This document shows, in pieces, positions 26,263 through 36,400 of a DNA stretch of 64,000 nt. The stretch is taken from contig CANFOW010000001.1 in assembly GCA_947448865.1 (NCBI GenBank), forward strand, positions 4,845 to 68,844, written 5' to 3'. Every line of letters starts with the position of its first letter. The stretch's first letter is position 1. This stretch comes from Actinomycetota bacterium (GTDB lineage Bacteria; Actinomycetota; Actinomycetes; S36-B12; UBA5976). A program made the translations under genes and the position numbers. Under the pieces are notes generated by a model, which worked only from the letters and a program-made list of their open reading frames with translations, was not told the origin of the DNA and searched no databases.

Positions 26263-27603
26263 ATGAGTACAAAACAAGAACAGCTAGAAGCAATTGATCG
26301 CGCTCACATCATTCACCCTTACCTGCCAGATTCCGTAACAGAACGAGTCATCATGACCCAAGGCAAAGATTGCCAGTTGTGGGATGCCAATGGAAAAGAA
26401 TATTTGGATGCAACCGGTGGTTTGTGGCTCGCCCAAATTGGCCACGGTCGCGAAGCAATTGCCCAGGTTGCAGCTGAACAAATTTCAACTCTTGAATACT
26501 TCACAAGTTTCTGGGAGTTCAGTAATGACAAGGCAATCGCGCTTGCCGCCAAACTCGTAGAAATCTCACCCGACAACATAACGCATGTTTACTTCACAAG
26601 TGGTGGTTCTGAAGGTAACGAAGCTGCCATCAAGATGGCGCGGTACTTCCATCATCGCCGCGGTAATTCGAATCGCAACTGGATTATTGCTCGTCGCAAC
26701 TCGTATCACGGCATTGCGTATGGCGGTGGCTCACTGTCGGGATTCTCGGTGTATCACGAAGGATTCGGGCCAATGATGCCGCATGTTGAACATGTGACTC
26801 CCCCTTGGCCATACCGCCACGAACTGTACAACGGCCAAGATCCAACAGACTTCCTCATTGCTGAACTTGAAACAACAATTGAAAGAATTGGCGCAGAAAA
26901 TATCGCGGCAATGGTTGGCGAACCGATTATGGGTGTTGGCGGGATGCTCGTACCACCAGATGATTACTGGCCACGAGTTGCAGCCGTCTTAAAGAAAAAT
27001 GGAATTTTGTTGGTCTTTGACGAAGTGGTCACTGCATATGGACGCGTGGGTGAATGGTTTGCTGCACAACATTTCGGAGTTCAACCAGACATCATCATCA
27101 CCGCGAAAGGCATCACATCTGGCTACATTCCACTTGGCGCAGTTTTGGTCTCAACAGAAGTTGCCACAGAACTCGGAAAAGACTTCGGTTTCCCTATGGG
27201 CTATACCTACAACGGTCACCCAACGGCTGCTGCAGTTGCTCTTGCGAACATTGCGATTATTGAAGATGAAGGTCTGCTTGATCGTGCGAAGAAAATTGGC
27301 GAATACCTTCACAATGGACTTCGCACTTTGCTCGACCTGCCTATTGTTGGCGAAGTACGTTTCGTAGGCATGATGCACGCAGTCGAGTTAGTTGCAGATA
27401 AAGACTCGCGCGAACCGCTTCCCATGTTGCAACCGATGCTTCCTGATGTTATTCGTCGCGAAACCGGTGTAATTGTGCGCGATTGCGGACATAATTTGGT
27501 GTTATCACCTCCACTGATCATGACCGAAGAAGAAGCAGATCGTTGTGTTGAAGCAATGCGCTCAGTATTGTCTCGCACAACACCCGATGGCGTTATTCAC
27601 TAG
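26263..27603 (+). CDS. Class-III aminotransferase (omega-amino acid/putrescine:pyruvate type)
   Basis: FTSGGSEGNEAAIK, LVFDEVVTAYGRVGEWF and the PLP-lysine context IITAKGITSGYIPLG. AGGAG SD. Confidence 0.9.
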   Translation: MSTKQEQLEAIDRAHIIHPYLPDSVTERVIMTQGKDCQLWDANGKEYLDATGGLWLAQIGHGREAIAQVAAEQISTLEYFTSFWEFSNDKAIALAAKLVEISPDNITHVYFTSGGSEGNEAAIKMARYFHHRRGNSNRNWIIARRNSYHGIAYGGGSLSGFSVYHEGFGPMMPHVEHVTPPWPYRHELYNGQDPTDFLIAELETTIERIGAENIAAMVGEPIMGVGGMLVPPDDYWPRVAAVLKKNGILLVFDEVVTAYGRVGEWFAAQHFGVQPDIIITAKGITSGYIPLGAVLVSTEVATELGKDFGFPMGYTYNGHPTAAAVALANIAIIEDEGLLDRAKKIGEYLHNGLRTLLDLPIVGEVRFVGMMHAVELVADKDSREPLPMLQPMLPDVIRRETGVIVRDCGHNLVLSPPLIMTEEEADRCVEAMRSVLSRTTPDGVIH

Positions 27604-27615
27604 AAGGAGATCCCT

Positions 27616-29112
27616 ATGTCACTAGAGTCCATGTCCACCAAACTTGCTATTGAGCAGGAAAAGAAACTTGTTAAGTCGCTGCGACGTAGTGACGTTGTTT
27701 TATTTATCGTTGCAGCGGTCATTGCCCTCGACACAATTGGAACGATTGCATCAGGCGGACTTGAGTCGTTGTTCTGGGGCGTAGTCCTCATTGTCACGTT
27801 CATGATTCCGTTCGCAATGATTTTCGCTGAGACAGGTGGCGCATTTCCTCAAGAAGGTGGCCCTTATCAGTGGGTTAAGTTCGCGTACGGTCGCCTTGCC
27901 GCTGGCATCGTGAGTGTTTTGTATTGGATTACTAATCCAATTTGGCTCGGCGGGTCGCTCGCGTTCATTGCGTATGAAGCGTTTAGTGCCTATGTCATTA
28001 ATATTCCTGCAGGTTCTGCTGGTGACTGGGCATTCAAAATCGCATTCGTGTGGGTTGCTATCTTGCTCGCTGTTGTGAGTTTGAAAACCGGAAAAATCTT
28101 CGTCAACATTGGCGCCTGGGCCAAGCTCATTGTGCTGCTACTTCTTGTAGTCACAACAGTTGCCTACGGCCTAAAGAATGGTTTCCAGCCGCTGAACCTT
28201 GGACAGCTTGCGCCATCCATCGGTGGCTTCTTAGCTGTGGCTCCGATTTTGCTCTTTGCATTTGTCGGCTTTGAAGCACCTAATGCAGCGTCTGAAGAAA
28301 TGGTTGACCCAGCGGGAGATACTGCGCCGTCTATTCGACGTGGCAGCTTGATTTCGATGGTTGCCTACTTACTTCCTGTTCTTGCGATTCTTTTGGTGAT
28401 TCCTGCTGATCAAGTCAGTGGCGTAGACAGTTTCATGGGCGCAGTGGAAACCGTGTTTTCGGTCTACGGCGCAGCCGGCGGCACTCTGTTGAAAATCACC
28501 GCAGTGCTGTTGGTCTATGCATTGGTGAATCAGGGTAGTTCGTGGATGATTGCAACCGATCGCATCCAAGCAATGGCCGCAGCTGACGGCACATTCTTCT
28601 CAGGTTACTTCGGAGAATTTAACGAAAAACTTGGAACACCGCTTCGAGTCAACATTTTGTCTGGCGTGACATCAACAGTATTTATTGCAGCGGCTATGAC
28701 TCTGGTGAATGGAAGTGTTGCGGCTGTGTTCGCAGTTGTTTTGACATGCGCAATCACCACGTTGCTTGTGTCATACATCGTGATTGTTCCAGCATTGATG
28801 AAACTCAAGCGCGTCTACCACGATGTCCCTCGCACGTATGTAGTTCCTGGTGGAAATCTTGGCTTCCAGTTATTGGGCGGCATCGTCACGATTTACATTC
28901 TGATCGGAAGTATCGCTTCGCTATTCCCAGGTGTTCTCGAAGGACTTTTCGGAATTTCCTACTCTTTTGAAGACACATGGGGAGTCACGCAGGTTGGCTT
29001 TGAAATATTTACGCTGGGCACATTAGGCGTAGTTATTGTGATTGGAATTCTTGGTTACGCATTTGCAGGAAAAGTGCGGGCTGGCGAAGTAACTGATTCG
29101 TCAAACGACTGA
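27616..29112 (+). CDS. APC-superfamily amino acid/polyamine permease
   Basis: 12-TM profile, with AETGGAFPQEGGPYQW typical of the APC family. GAAGGAG SD. Confidence 0.85.
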   Translation: MSLESMSTKLAIEQEKKLVKSLRRSDVVLFIVAAVIALDTIGTIASGGLESLFWGVVLIVTFMIPFAMIFAETGGAFPQEGGPYQWVKFAYGRLAAGIVSVLYWITNPIWLGGSLAFIAYEAFSAYVINIPAGSAGDWAFKIAFVWVAILLAVVSLKTGKIFVNIGAWAKLIVLLLLVVTTVAYGLKNGFQPLNLGQLAPSIGGFLAVAPILLFAFVGFEAPNAASEEMVDPAGDTAPSIRRGSLISMVAYLLPVLAILLVIPADQVSGVDSFMGAVETVFSVYGAAGGTLLKITAVLLVYALVNQGSSWMIATDRIQAMAAADGTFFSGYFGEFNEKLGTPLRVNILSGVTSTVFIAAAMTLVNGSVAAVFAVVLTCAITTLLVSYIVIVPALMKLKRVYHDVPRTYVVPGGNLGFQLLGGIVTIYILIGSIASLFPGVLEGLFGISYSFEDTWGVTQVGFEIFTLGTLGVVIVIGILGYAFAGKVRAGEVTDSSND

Positions 29113-29748
29113 GTTGATGACGGGGACGAGTACTGCGACACCGAGAACGACCATCACAACGCCACCAATTGTGCGCAGCGTGACAAGTCGATTTCGTGAG
29201 GTTACAAACCAATCGCGGCTCGTCCCCACAACTACTCCCCATGTACCGTCTAGCAAAACCGCTAAACCAGAAAAAATAAAGCCAAACATTAAAAGCTGAA
29301 AAGTTACTGAACCGGCTTTAGCGTCCACAAACTGCGGAAAAATTGCCGAAAAGAAAACTAGTGCTTTTGGATTAAGTACACCGACCATAAATCCTTGTTT
29401 GATGATGTGCACAGGTGTGGGTTTGCTGTCTTCGAGTTTGACCATGTCATCAGCATGTTCTTGTCGGTGCTTAAGTGCTTCATAGCCAAGATAAATCAAA
29501 TACAGTCCACCGGCTGCTTGGACCGTGAGCAACAACGCATGTGATCTTTCCAGCAGCGGTCCGAGTCCCAACGCAATAAATGTGGACAGAACAACCATTC
29601 CCAATGCGTTACCAATAACGGTGAGCATCGCGGTAGCTCGTCCCCAGGCAACTGCTCGCGCTATCACGAACATCACACTTGGACCTGGAATCAAGATAAT
29701 GGCCACACTGGCAACGATGAACTCAATGAGACGGTTTCCACTGATCAC
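29101..29748 (-). CDS. LysE/RhtB-family amino-acid exporter
   Basis: PGPSVMFVIARAVAWG N-terminal motif and six-TM size. GTG start. The 3' end overlaps the convergent permease gene by 12 nt. Confidence 0.8.
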   Translation of the reverse strand: MISGNRLIEFIVASVAIILIPGPSVMFVIARAVAWGRATAMLTVIGNALGMVVLSTFIALGLGPLLERSHALLLTVQAAGGLYLIYLGYEALKHRQEHADDMVKLEDSKPTPVHIIKQGFMVGVLNPKALVFFSAIFPQFVDAKAGSVTFQLLMFGFIFSGLAVLLDGTWGVVVGTSRDWFVTSRNRLVTLRTIGGVVMVVLGVAVLVPVINSVV

Positions 29749-29820
29749 GACACTGACTCTAGTCCAGAGCAGAGTTACATCGAAAGCAACTTAGACTTAA
29801 GAGTCCAGTGAGGAGGGGTC

Positions 29821-30405
29821 ATGTCAAGAAAAGCAATTTTTGCTATCTTTCTGAGCGTCACTTTGACCTCTGCCATCGCTGGCCCAGCTCATGCTGATGC
29901 TCCGATCGACTTTTGTGGAAATGCACAAACTGCGGTTGTCACCACAATCTCAACTGGCACGTGTCCTACGGGAACGCTCTCACTTGGACCGGGTGTAGTT
30001 AATCACGGTGACAAGCGTCCCACTGCACTACTTCCGCAATTGAACAATCGATGGAAAGTTGCGAAAAAGGCTGCTGCTAAAGCAGGCCACAAACTGACCA
30101 TCACAAGTGGCTGGCGCAGTTTGGCAACTCAAGAATATTTATTTAAGCGCGCTGTGAAAAACAATGGCTCAGTAAAAGAGGCCATGAAGTGGGTGCTGCC
30201 CGCCAAACTCTCGCATCACCCTTGGGGTGTCGCGATCGATGTGAACTACCAATATGGAGACCCTAAAGGCGCACATTGGCTTGAAGCTAACGGCTACAAA
30301 TACGGTTTGTGTCGGGCCTATAAAAACGAATGGTGGCACTTTGAGCCACTAACGGCTCCTGGAACTAAATGTCCGAAACCGAAAAAGTGGCCTACGAGTA
30401 AGTAG
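29821..30405 (+). CDS. Secreted M15B (VanY-like) D-alanyl-D-alanine carboxypeptidase
   Basis: Signal peptide ending AHADAP. Motifs SGWRSLATQEYLF, SHHPWGVAIDV and EWWHFE (Zn ligands of the VanY family). GAGGAGGGG SD. Confidence 0.75.
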   Translation: MSRKAIFAIFLSVTLTSAIAGPAHADAPIDFCGNAQTAVVTTISTGTCPTGTLSLGPGVVNHGDKRPTALLPQLNNRWKVAKKAAAKAGHKLTITSGWRSLATQEYLFKRAVKNNGSVKEAMKWVLPAKLSHHPWGVAIDVNYQYGDPKGAHWLEANGYKYGLCRAYKNEWWHFEPLTAPGTKCPKPKKWPTSK

Positions 30406-31234
30406 CGAAGTACTGGTCTAGTGCAAACCTAATTTCTGAAAAAGCCAGCGCTGGTGTGTAAGCAACATTCGTGTAATAAGGCGCAAAATCAATTTCGCGC
30501 AAAGCATCGAGGGCTCGCGGTTCAAGCAATTTGAGATACATCATCGTCGTATTAGGAACTCGCGGAAATTCAGTGAGAACCGTTCCGCATCCATATCCAA
30601 AAACGCGCATTGCAATGTCTGCGTCTTGCGGAGTGCTCTTATTGACATAAATTGAATCTGGGACTTTCACTACATCACGAAGTGTTGTTGACTTTTTCCA
30701 AATTTGTAAACATGTTTGCAAACTATTTTTCGCATACACATCGTCACCTGTGACGTTGACGTAATTGATTGATAAGTCATGATCGAGGACTACATGAAAT
30801 GAACGGTCCAGCCGATTAGTCACACTCCACTTTCGCCACGACCGCGGAACGATAAAAGCAATGACGTCACACATTGTGGCTGCGTGATTAAAAAATGGAA
30901 TCGATAATGCGTTATTTCGACCAAATGGAGGATTACCCACTGCAACCATTTCCGTTTGCGTATTCGTCCACTCCAAGAAGTTCGCTCGGACAACTGCGTC
31001 ATGATGCGGCTCTATGTCAACGCCTACGACGTCGGTTAGACCACGAATAGCTAACGCATCAATAAACGAACCTGTACCTGCACTTGGTTCAAGCCAAGTA
31101 CGTGTCCGAGTATCAGGCAGTGCCGCAAGAACTTGATCAACAACCCACAATGCAGTTTGCGCCGGCGTGTAAAACTGCTCTTTGCCAGTGACACGAGTGT
31201 TGCCTGGTTTGGCGGGCTTCACGGGTGCAGACAC
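30392..31234 (-). CDS. N6-adenine DNA methyltransferase, gamma-class motif order, no adjacent endonuclease
   Basis: Motif I LEPSAGTGSF precedes motif IV GNPPFG. The C-terminal ~150 aa are unassignable and presumably form the target-recognition domain. Confidence 0.7.
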   Translation of the reverse strand: MSAPVKPAKPGNTRVTGKEQFYTPAQTALWVVDQVLAALPDTRTRTWLEPSAGTGSFIDALAIRGLTDVVGVDIEPHHDAVVRANFLEWTNTQTEMVAVGNPPFGRNNALSIPFFNHAATMCDVIAFIVPRSWRKWSVTNRLDRSFHVVLDHDLSINYVNVTGDDVYAKNSLQTCLQIWKKSTTLRDVVKVPDSIYVNKSTPQDADIAMRVFGYGCGTVLTEFPRVPNTTMMYLKLLEPRALDALREIDFAPYYTNVAYTPALAFSEIRFALDQYFATYS

Positions 31235-31250
31235 TTACTCAATATATCGG

Positions 31251-31323
31251 TGCCCACGAGAGGAATCGAACCTACGACCTTCTGCTCCGGAGGCAGACGC
31301 TCTATCCACTGAGCTACGTGGGC
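31251..31323 (-). tRNA. tRNA-Arg (anticodon CCG), CCA not encoded
   Basis: The reverse complement folds as a cloverleaf. Acceptor GCCCACG/CGTGGGC is perfect, D-arm is GCTC-AGTGGATA-GAGC, and anticodon arm is TCTGC-CTCCGGA-GCAGA. The T-arm GTAGG-TTCGATT-CCTCT has one G-U pair and one U-C mismatch. Confidence 0.85.
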
Positions 31324-31365
31324 GGTGGACTTAGGCGACTTTACCAGCCAACCAATACACTGATA

Positions 31366-31456
31366 ACTACACGGGAGCTCACCACAAGTGGGCTGAGAGG
31401 GCGACATCGGGTCGCCGACCGTTAAACCAGTCGGGTAATGCCGACGTGTGAAGGGA
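31366..31456 (+). promoter_or_regulatory. TPP (THI-box) riboswitch
   Basis: ACGGGAGC...GGCTGAGAGG...GACCGTTAAACCAGTCGGGTAATGCCGACGTGTGAAGGGA matches the conserved GGGnGC / CTGAGA / ACC..GAACC..GGnTAATnCC..CG..AGGGA blocks. The terminal AAGGGA also serves as the SD, 5 nt before the pnuT ATG. Confidence 0.85.
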
Positions 31457-31461
31457 AAATA

Positions 31462-32037
31462 ATGAACGTTTTGGCGTCTCCATTTACTATCTGGGACTAC
31501 GAAGTCACCTACTTAGAACTCGCAGCCGTGATTACGTCGGCAATAGGTGTGTGGCTTGGAACGACGGGCAAAAAGATCACGTGGCCATGGTGGGCAATCA
31601 GTAGTGCGTTATACGGCTGGTTGTTTTGGGAGTGGAAGCTCTATGCAAGTGCTGCGGTGCAAATTGTCTTTATCGCAGCAGCAATCTGGGGCTGGTTTGG
31701 TTGGGGTCCCCAAGGTGCACAACCTCGCGTGGCGAGTACTCGAAATCGACTCATCGTTGTCGTAGTCGGACTTGGGTTCACTGCGGCGCTCGCTCCGTGG
31801 CTTGCATCCATTGGCGCAGCAGCTACTTGGCCAGATTCATTCGGTTTGATTTTTAGTGTGGTCGCGCAAGTCATTATGGTGCGCGAATATCGCGAAAACT
31901 GGATTGTGTGGTTCATTGTTGATGCGGTCTACACAATTGAATATGCCTGGCAAGGCTTGTACTTCACAGCAGTGTTGTATGCAGTCTTTACTGCAATCGC
32001 AGTGCGCGGCTGGGTGCATTGGAAACTCAAAGCGTAA
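31462..32037 (+). CDS. pnuT: PnuC-family vitamin transporter, predicted thiamine-specific (PnuT) from the riboswitch context
   Basis: Trp-rich 7-TM protein (WPWWAISSALYGWLFWEWKLY, IWGWFGWG) typical of the PnuC family. The track start at 31438 lies inside the riboswitch aptamer. Confidence 0.75.
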   Translation: MNVLASPFTIWDYEVTYLELAAVITSAIGVWLGTTGKKITWPWWAISSALYGWLFWEWKLYASAAVQIVFIAAAIWGWFGWGPQGAQPRVASTRNRLIVVVVGLGFTAALAPWLASIGAAATWPDSFGLIFSVVAQVIMVREYRENWIVWFIVDAVYTIEYAWQGLYFTAVLYAVFTAIAVRGWVHWKLKA

Positions 32038-32591
32038 TGTACAGCGACATCATTGATTCGCTGGTCTCGAGCATCGTCTCTGGGCCAGCGCGCAATGGTG
32101 ACGTACGAGTCATCACAATTGATGGATCGGCCGGTTCTGGAAAAACAACACTCGCACAGGAATTGAGTACTGCGCTGAATACTTGCCAAGTCATTCATAT
32201 GGATGATGTGTATTCAGGGTGGAACCAAGACCTTGAGCATGAACTCGCACTACGAATTGTTCGTGACATTTTGATGCCAATCGCGAACGGCAAAACCGCC
32301 AGATACGAACGGTTCGACTGGTACGCAAACGCCTTTGCAGAAACTCATGATGTGCCTGTATCTGACTACCTCATCTTGGAAGGCGTCGGTTCAAGTCATC
32401 CAGACATTCGTGCTCGGGCAACCATGTCGCTATGGGTTGAAGCCAGTAGTGAATTACTCGTCGAACGAATAGTTGCACGCGACGGCGAACAAGTCAGAGA
32501 AGAGATCGGTCGTTGGCAAAAACGAGAAGCAGACTACTTCACGAAATACAACGTAAAAGAAAATAGTGACCTCGTAATCCGAGGCGAATAA
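32037..32591 (+). CDS. P-loop nucleoside/vitamin-kinase-like protein (uridine-kinase fold), translationally coupled to pnuT
   Basis: Walker A IDGSAGSGKTT and Walker-B-like VIHMDDVY. The ATG overlaps the pnuT stop (TAATG). Substrate is unknown. Confidence 0.6.
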   Translation: MYSDIIDSLVSSIVSGPARNGDVRVITIDGSAGSGKTTLAQELSTALNTCQVIHMDDVYSGWNQDLEHELALRIVRDILMPIANGKTARYERFDWYANAFAETHDVPVSDYLILEGVGSSHPDIRARATMSLWVEASSELLVERIVARDGEQVREEIGRWQKREADYFTKYNVKENSDLVIRGE

Positions 32592-33308
32592 TTACCACGG
32601 AACAATCTGTCGGTCTTCCCACAACACACCAGTGACAATGTCCGCCGTGTGTTCGCGAGTCGCAAGCCACACAATTGTGTCAGCAGATTCTTGGGGACTG
32701 CGTGGTGCATCTGGCCCACCCATATCGGTACGTGTGTGATTCGGACACATCGCATCAACAAGAATTCCGCGAGTACCCGAACCGAGTTCCGCCGCCAAAT
32801 TCTTCGTCAGTGCATTTACTCCAGCTTTTGAGATGCGGTAAGGCGCTAACCCACCAGCAAGACCCGGACCAGAGAATCGGCCAAGGCATGCGGACACGGT
32901 AATTATTCGACCCGAGCGACGTTGCACCATGGCCGGAGCAATTGCAGAAATCGCATTGAAGGTTCCGTTCAGATTCACACCCATCACACGGTCCCATTCC
33001 GCAGCAGAGGTACGCAGTGTCTTAGCCATTTTTTCTGACATCACACCAGCACAAGTGACGAGGACCTCAGCGTCTTGAGCCAGCGGATGTTCGCCTAATT
33101 CACGCATCACTACCTCGGAATCTGCAACATCAACCACGATCGGAACAGCCTCGACCCCGAAACTCACGAGCTCGCTCACAGCCTGATCTACTCGCGGTTC
33201 GTGTTGACCAACAATCACCAGACTGAATCCCTTACGCCCTAGTTCATGGGCGGCCGCTAAACCGATTCCGCGAGATCCACCTGTGATTACTGCAATGCGC
33301 TGCGTCAT
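32592..33308 (-). CDS. Short-chain dehydrogenase/reductase (SDR)
   Basis: TGGSRGIG cofactor motif and a YxxxK catalytic motif (YRISK). I prefer the ATG at 33308 (MTQRIAVITGG) over the track's 33398. Confidence 0.85.
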   Translation of the reverse strand: MTQRIAVITGGSRGIGLAAAHELGRKGFSLVIVGQHEPRVDQAVSELVSFGVEAVPIVVDVADSEVVMRELGEHPLAQDAEVLVTCAGVMSEKMAKTLRTSAAEWDRVMGVNLNGTFNAISAIAPAMVQRRSGRIITVSACLGRFSGPGLAGGLAPYRISKAGVNALTKNLAAELGSGTRGILVDAMCPNHTRTDMGGPDAPRSPQESADTIVWLATREHTADIVTGVLWEDRQIVPW

Positions 33309-33416
33309 ATCACTAGCGTGCCGTAGCCCACGGCAGCGTGCATTTTTTAGGCAGGTTTTTGCCCGGCCCAGCGGGCTACTACTCTTAGAAGTACGCAATA
33401 CGAAGGATGGTCACAG

Positions 33417-36400
33417 GTGTCCGGTCCAAATCCGACCCAGTTTGGAGCCAATGATTGGCTCGTCGATGAGATGTACCAGCAGTACCTCGAAGACAAGGAA
33501 TCAGTAGACCCAGCGTGGTGGGAGTTCTTCGCGGACTACACACCGACTGACTATTCCGCAGCAAAAGCAGCTTCTGTTTCAGCAATCACAGCACCGGTTG
33601 CTGCTGCTCCTGTAGCACCGACCAGTGCGCCCGTTGCAACCAGCGTGCCAGTTGCAGCCACTTCGCCCGATGCAGAAAAACTCAAAGGTCCTGCGGCTCG
33701 AGTTGTTGTGAATATGGAAGCCAGCCTTGAAGTCCCCACCGCGACAAGTGTGCGGGCTGTCCCAGCAAAATTGATGGTCGACAACCGAATAGTCATAAAC
33801 AATCACCTTGCTCGCAACCGTGGTGGAAAAATAAGTTTCACTCATATCATTGGATACGCATTAGTGCGCGCTCTTAAAGATGTTCCTGATATGAACGTCG
33901 CGTATACGACTCTTGATGACAAACCAGCAATCATTCGGCATCCGCACGTCGGTCTCGGTCTAGCAATCGACTTGGCAAAAGAAGATGGAACACGTCAGTT
34001 ACTTGTTCCTTGCATTAAACAAGCAGACACTCTCGACTTTGCATCATTCTGGGCTAGTTATGAAGACGTTGTACGCAAAGCACGCCAAGGTAAACTAGCA
34101 GTTGAAGATTTCCAAGGCACCACAGTTAGCCTGACTAATCCTGGAACTATTGGCACGGTTCATTCAGTGCCGCGTCTCATGCAAGGTCAAGGTGTCATCA
34201 TTGGCGTTGGCGCGATGGAATACCCCGCAGAATGGCAAGGCGCTTCCGAAGTTATTTTGGCGCGCAATGGCATTAGCAAAATTATGACCTTAACAAGCAC
34301 CTACGATCATCGCGTCATTCAAGGCGCGCAGTCCGGTGAGTTCCTTCGTCGTATCCACCAACTGCTGCTTGGTGAATTTGGTTTCTACGATGACATTTTC
34401 AAGTCACTCGGAATCCCCTACGAACCAATCCGTTGGGCGCAAGACATTGCGACATCACATGACGATGAACTAGATAAGACAGCTCGGGTTCAGGAAATGA
34501 TCCACGCCTATCGTGTGCGTGGCCACCTCATGGCTGACATTGACCCACTTGAGTACCAGGTTCGTACACATCCTGATTTGGACATTGCAAATCATGGCTT
34601 GACTTTGTGGGACTTGGATCGCGAGTTTGCAACTGGCGGATTCGGCGGTAAGTCATTTGCAATGCTGCGCGATATTCTTGGTGTTCTTCGTGATGCCTAC
34701 TGTCGCACTATCGGTATTGAATACATGCACATTCAAGATCCAGAACAGCGCAAATGGATTCAAGACCGTGTCGAAGTGCGTCATGCGAAAACAGATCGCG
34801 TCGAACAACTTCGCATTCTGCACAAGTTGAATGAAGCCGAAGCGTTTGAAACGTTTTTACAAACAAAGTACGTAGGACAAAAACGATTCAGCCTCGAAGG
34901 TGGCGAAAGCGCAATTCCACTTCTCGAACACATCCTGTACTTGTCGTCACACGACGGACTTGATGAAGTATGCATTGGCATGCCACACCGTGGACGACTC
35001 AATGTGCTCGCAAATATTGCGGGCAAGAGTTACGAACGCATTTTCAATGAATTTGAAGGAAACTACGGCGAAGAATCTGTGCAAGGTTCCGGCGACGTGA
35101 AGTACCACCTCGGAACCGAAGGTCAATACACAAGTGTTGATGGCAAGTCGATAAATGTGTACCTCGCTGCAAATCCGTCACACCTTGAAGCCGTCAATCC
35201 TGTCCTTGAAGGCATTGTGCGGGCAAAGCAAGACCTCATTAATGAAAAAGAAAAGTACTCAGTATTGCCGCTGTTGATGCATGGCGATGCGGCCTTCGCT
35301 GGTCAAGGTGTTGTCGCAGAGACGCTTCAATTCAGCCAACTACAGGGTTACCGTGTTGGTGGCACTATTCACCTTGTTATTAACAACCAAGTCGGCTTTA
35401 CCACGTCTCCGCGGTATAGCCGTACCAGCGTGTATGCAACCGATGTCGCACGCATGATTCAAGCGCCAATTTTCCACGTCAATGGCGATGATCCTGAAGC
35501 AGTAGTTCGGGTTGCCAAAATGGCGTACGACTACCGTCAGGCATTCCATAAAGATGTTGTTATCGATATGGTGTGTTACCGCCGACGTGGTCATAACGAA
35601 GCCGATGATCCTTCACTCACCCAACCGTTAATGTACGAAGTTATCGACCAAAAGCGCTCAACGCGCAAGTTGTACACCGAAGCGCTTATTGGTCGCGGTG
35701 ACATTACTGTCGAAGAAGCGGAAGCAGCACTGAAGCACTACCAGGACGAGTTGGAAAAAGTTTTCCAAGCAACCAAGGCGTCATCCGGTGAGCACTTCAA
35801 TGCGGGTAGCAATGAAGTTGTTGCAACGGGTCAGCAGAGTTTGGAACCTCAAACTCCGTCAATTGATGTTCCGACCGGAATTTCACGTGAAGTAGTCGAC
35901 CGCGTTGTGGCATCGCAATTAAATATGCCCGAGGGCTTTACTGTTCATCCACGCCTGCTGCCGCAATTGCAGCGTCGTGCCGAAATGGTCGCAACTGATC
36001 AGATCGACTGGGGCATGGGAGAAGCACTCGCAATCGGGTCGCTACTCACCGAAGGCACAACTGTTCGCCTTTCAGGTCAAGATTCACGGCGCGGAACTTT
36101 TGGTCATCGTCATGCCGTCATCGTAGACAAGCAGACTGGTTGGCAATACAAGCCGCTCAAGCAGTGTTACGAAAATGGCGCACGACTGTACGTCTACGAC
36201 TCACTGCTGAGTGAATACGCTGCGATGGGTTTCGAGTACGGATATTCAGTGGTTCGCCCTAACGCACTGGTGTTGTGGGAAGCCCAATTCGGTGACTTTG
36301 TCAACGGAGCTCAAACCATCATTGACGAATTCATTTCCGCCGGTGAACAAAAGTGGGCGCAACGAAGCGATGTCACGTTGCTCTTGCCGCATGGTTTTGA

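Noticed and set aside
1-29112. Claiming horizontal transfer of the catabolic island from base composition.
   Set aside because: I cannot compute GC content, skew or codon usage reliably by eye. No mobility genes or flanking repeats were seen, so the accessory status is only an inference from gene content.
31219-31461. ORFs 31225-31425(+), 31219-31407(-) and the ATG at 31438.
   Set aside because: They overlie the tRNA-Arg gene and the TPP riboswitch aptamer. The ATG at 31438 is the ATG inside the conserved TAATGCC aptamer block.
33318-33350. Small hairpin TGCCGT-AGCCC-ACGGCA followed by a T-run, which could be read as a terminator.
   Set aside because: The stem is only 6 bp and the T-run is 8 nt away. 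No + strand gene ends upstream of it, because it lies in the divergent SDR/kgd promoter region.
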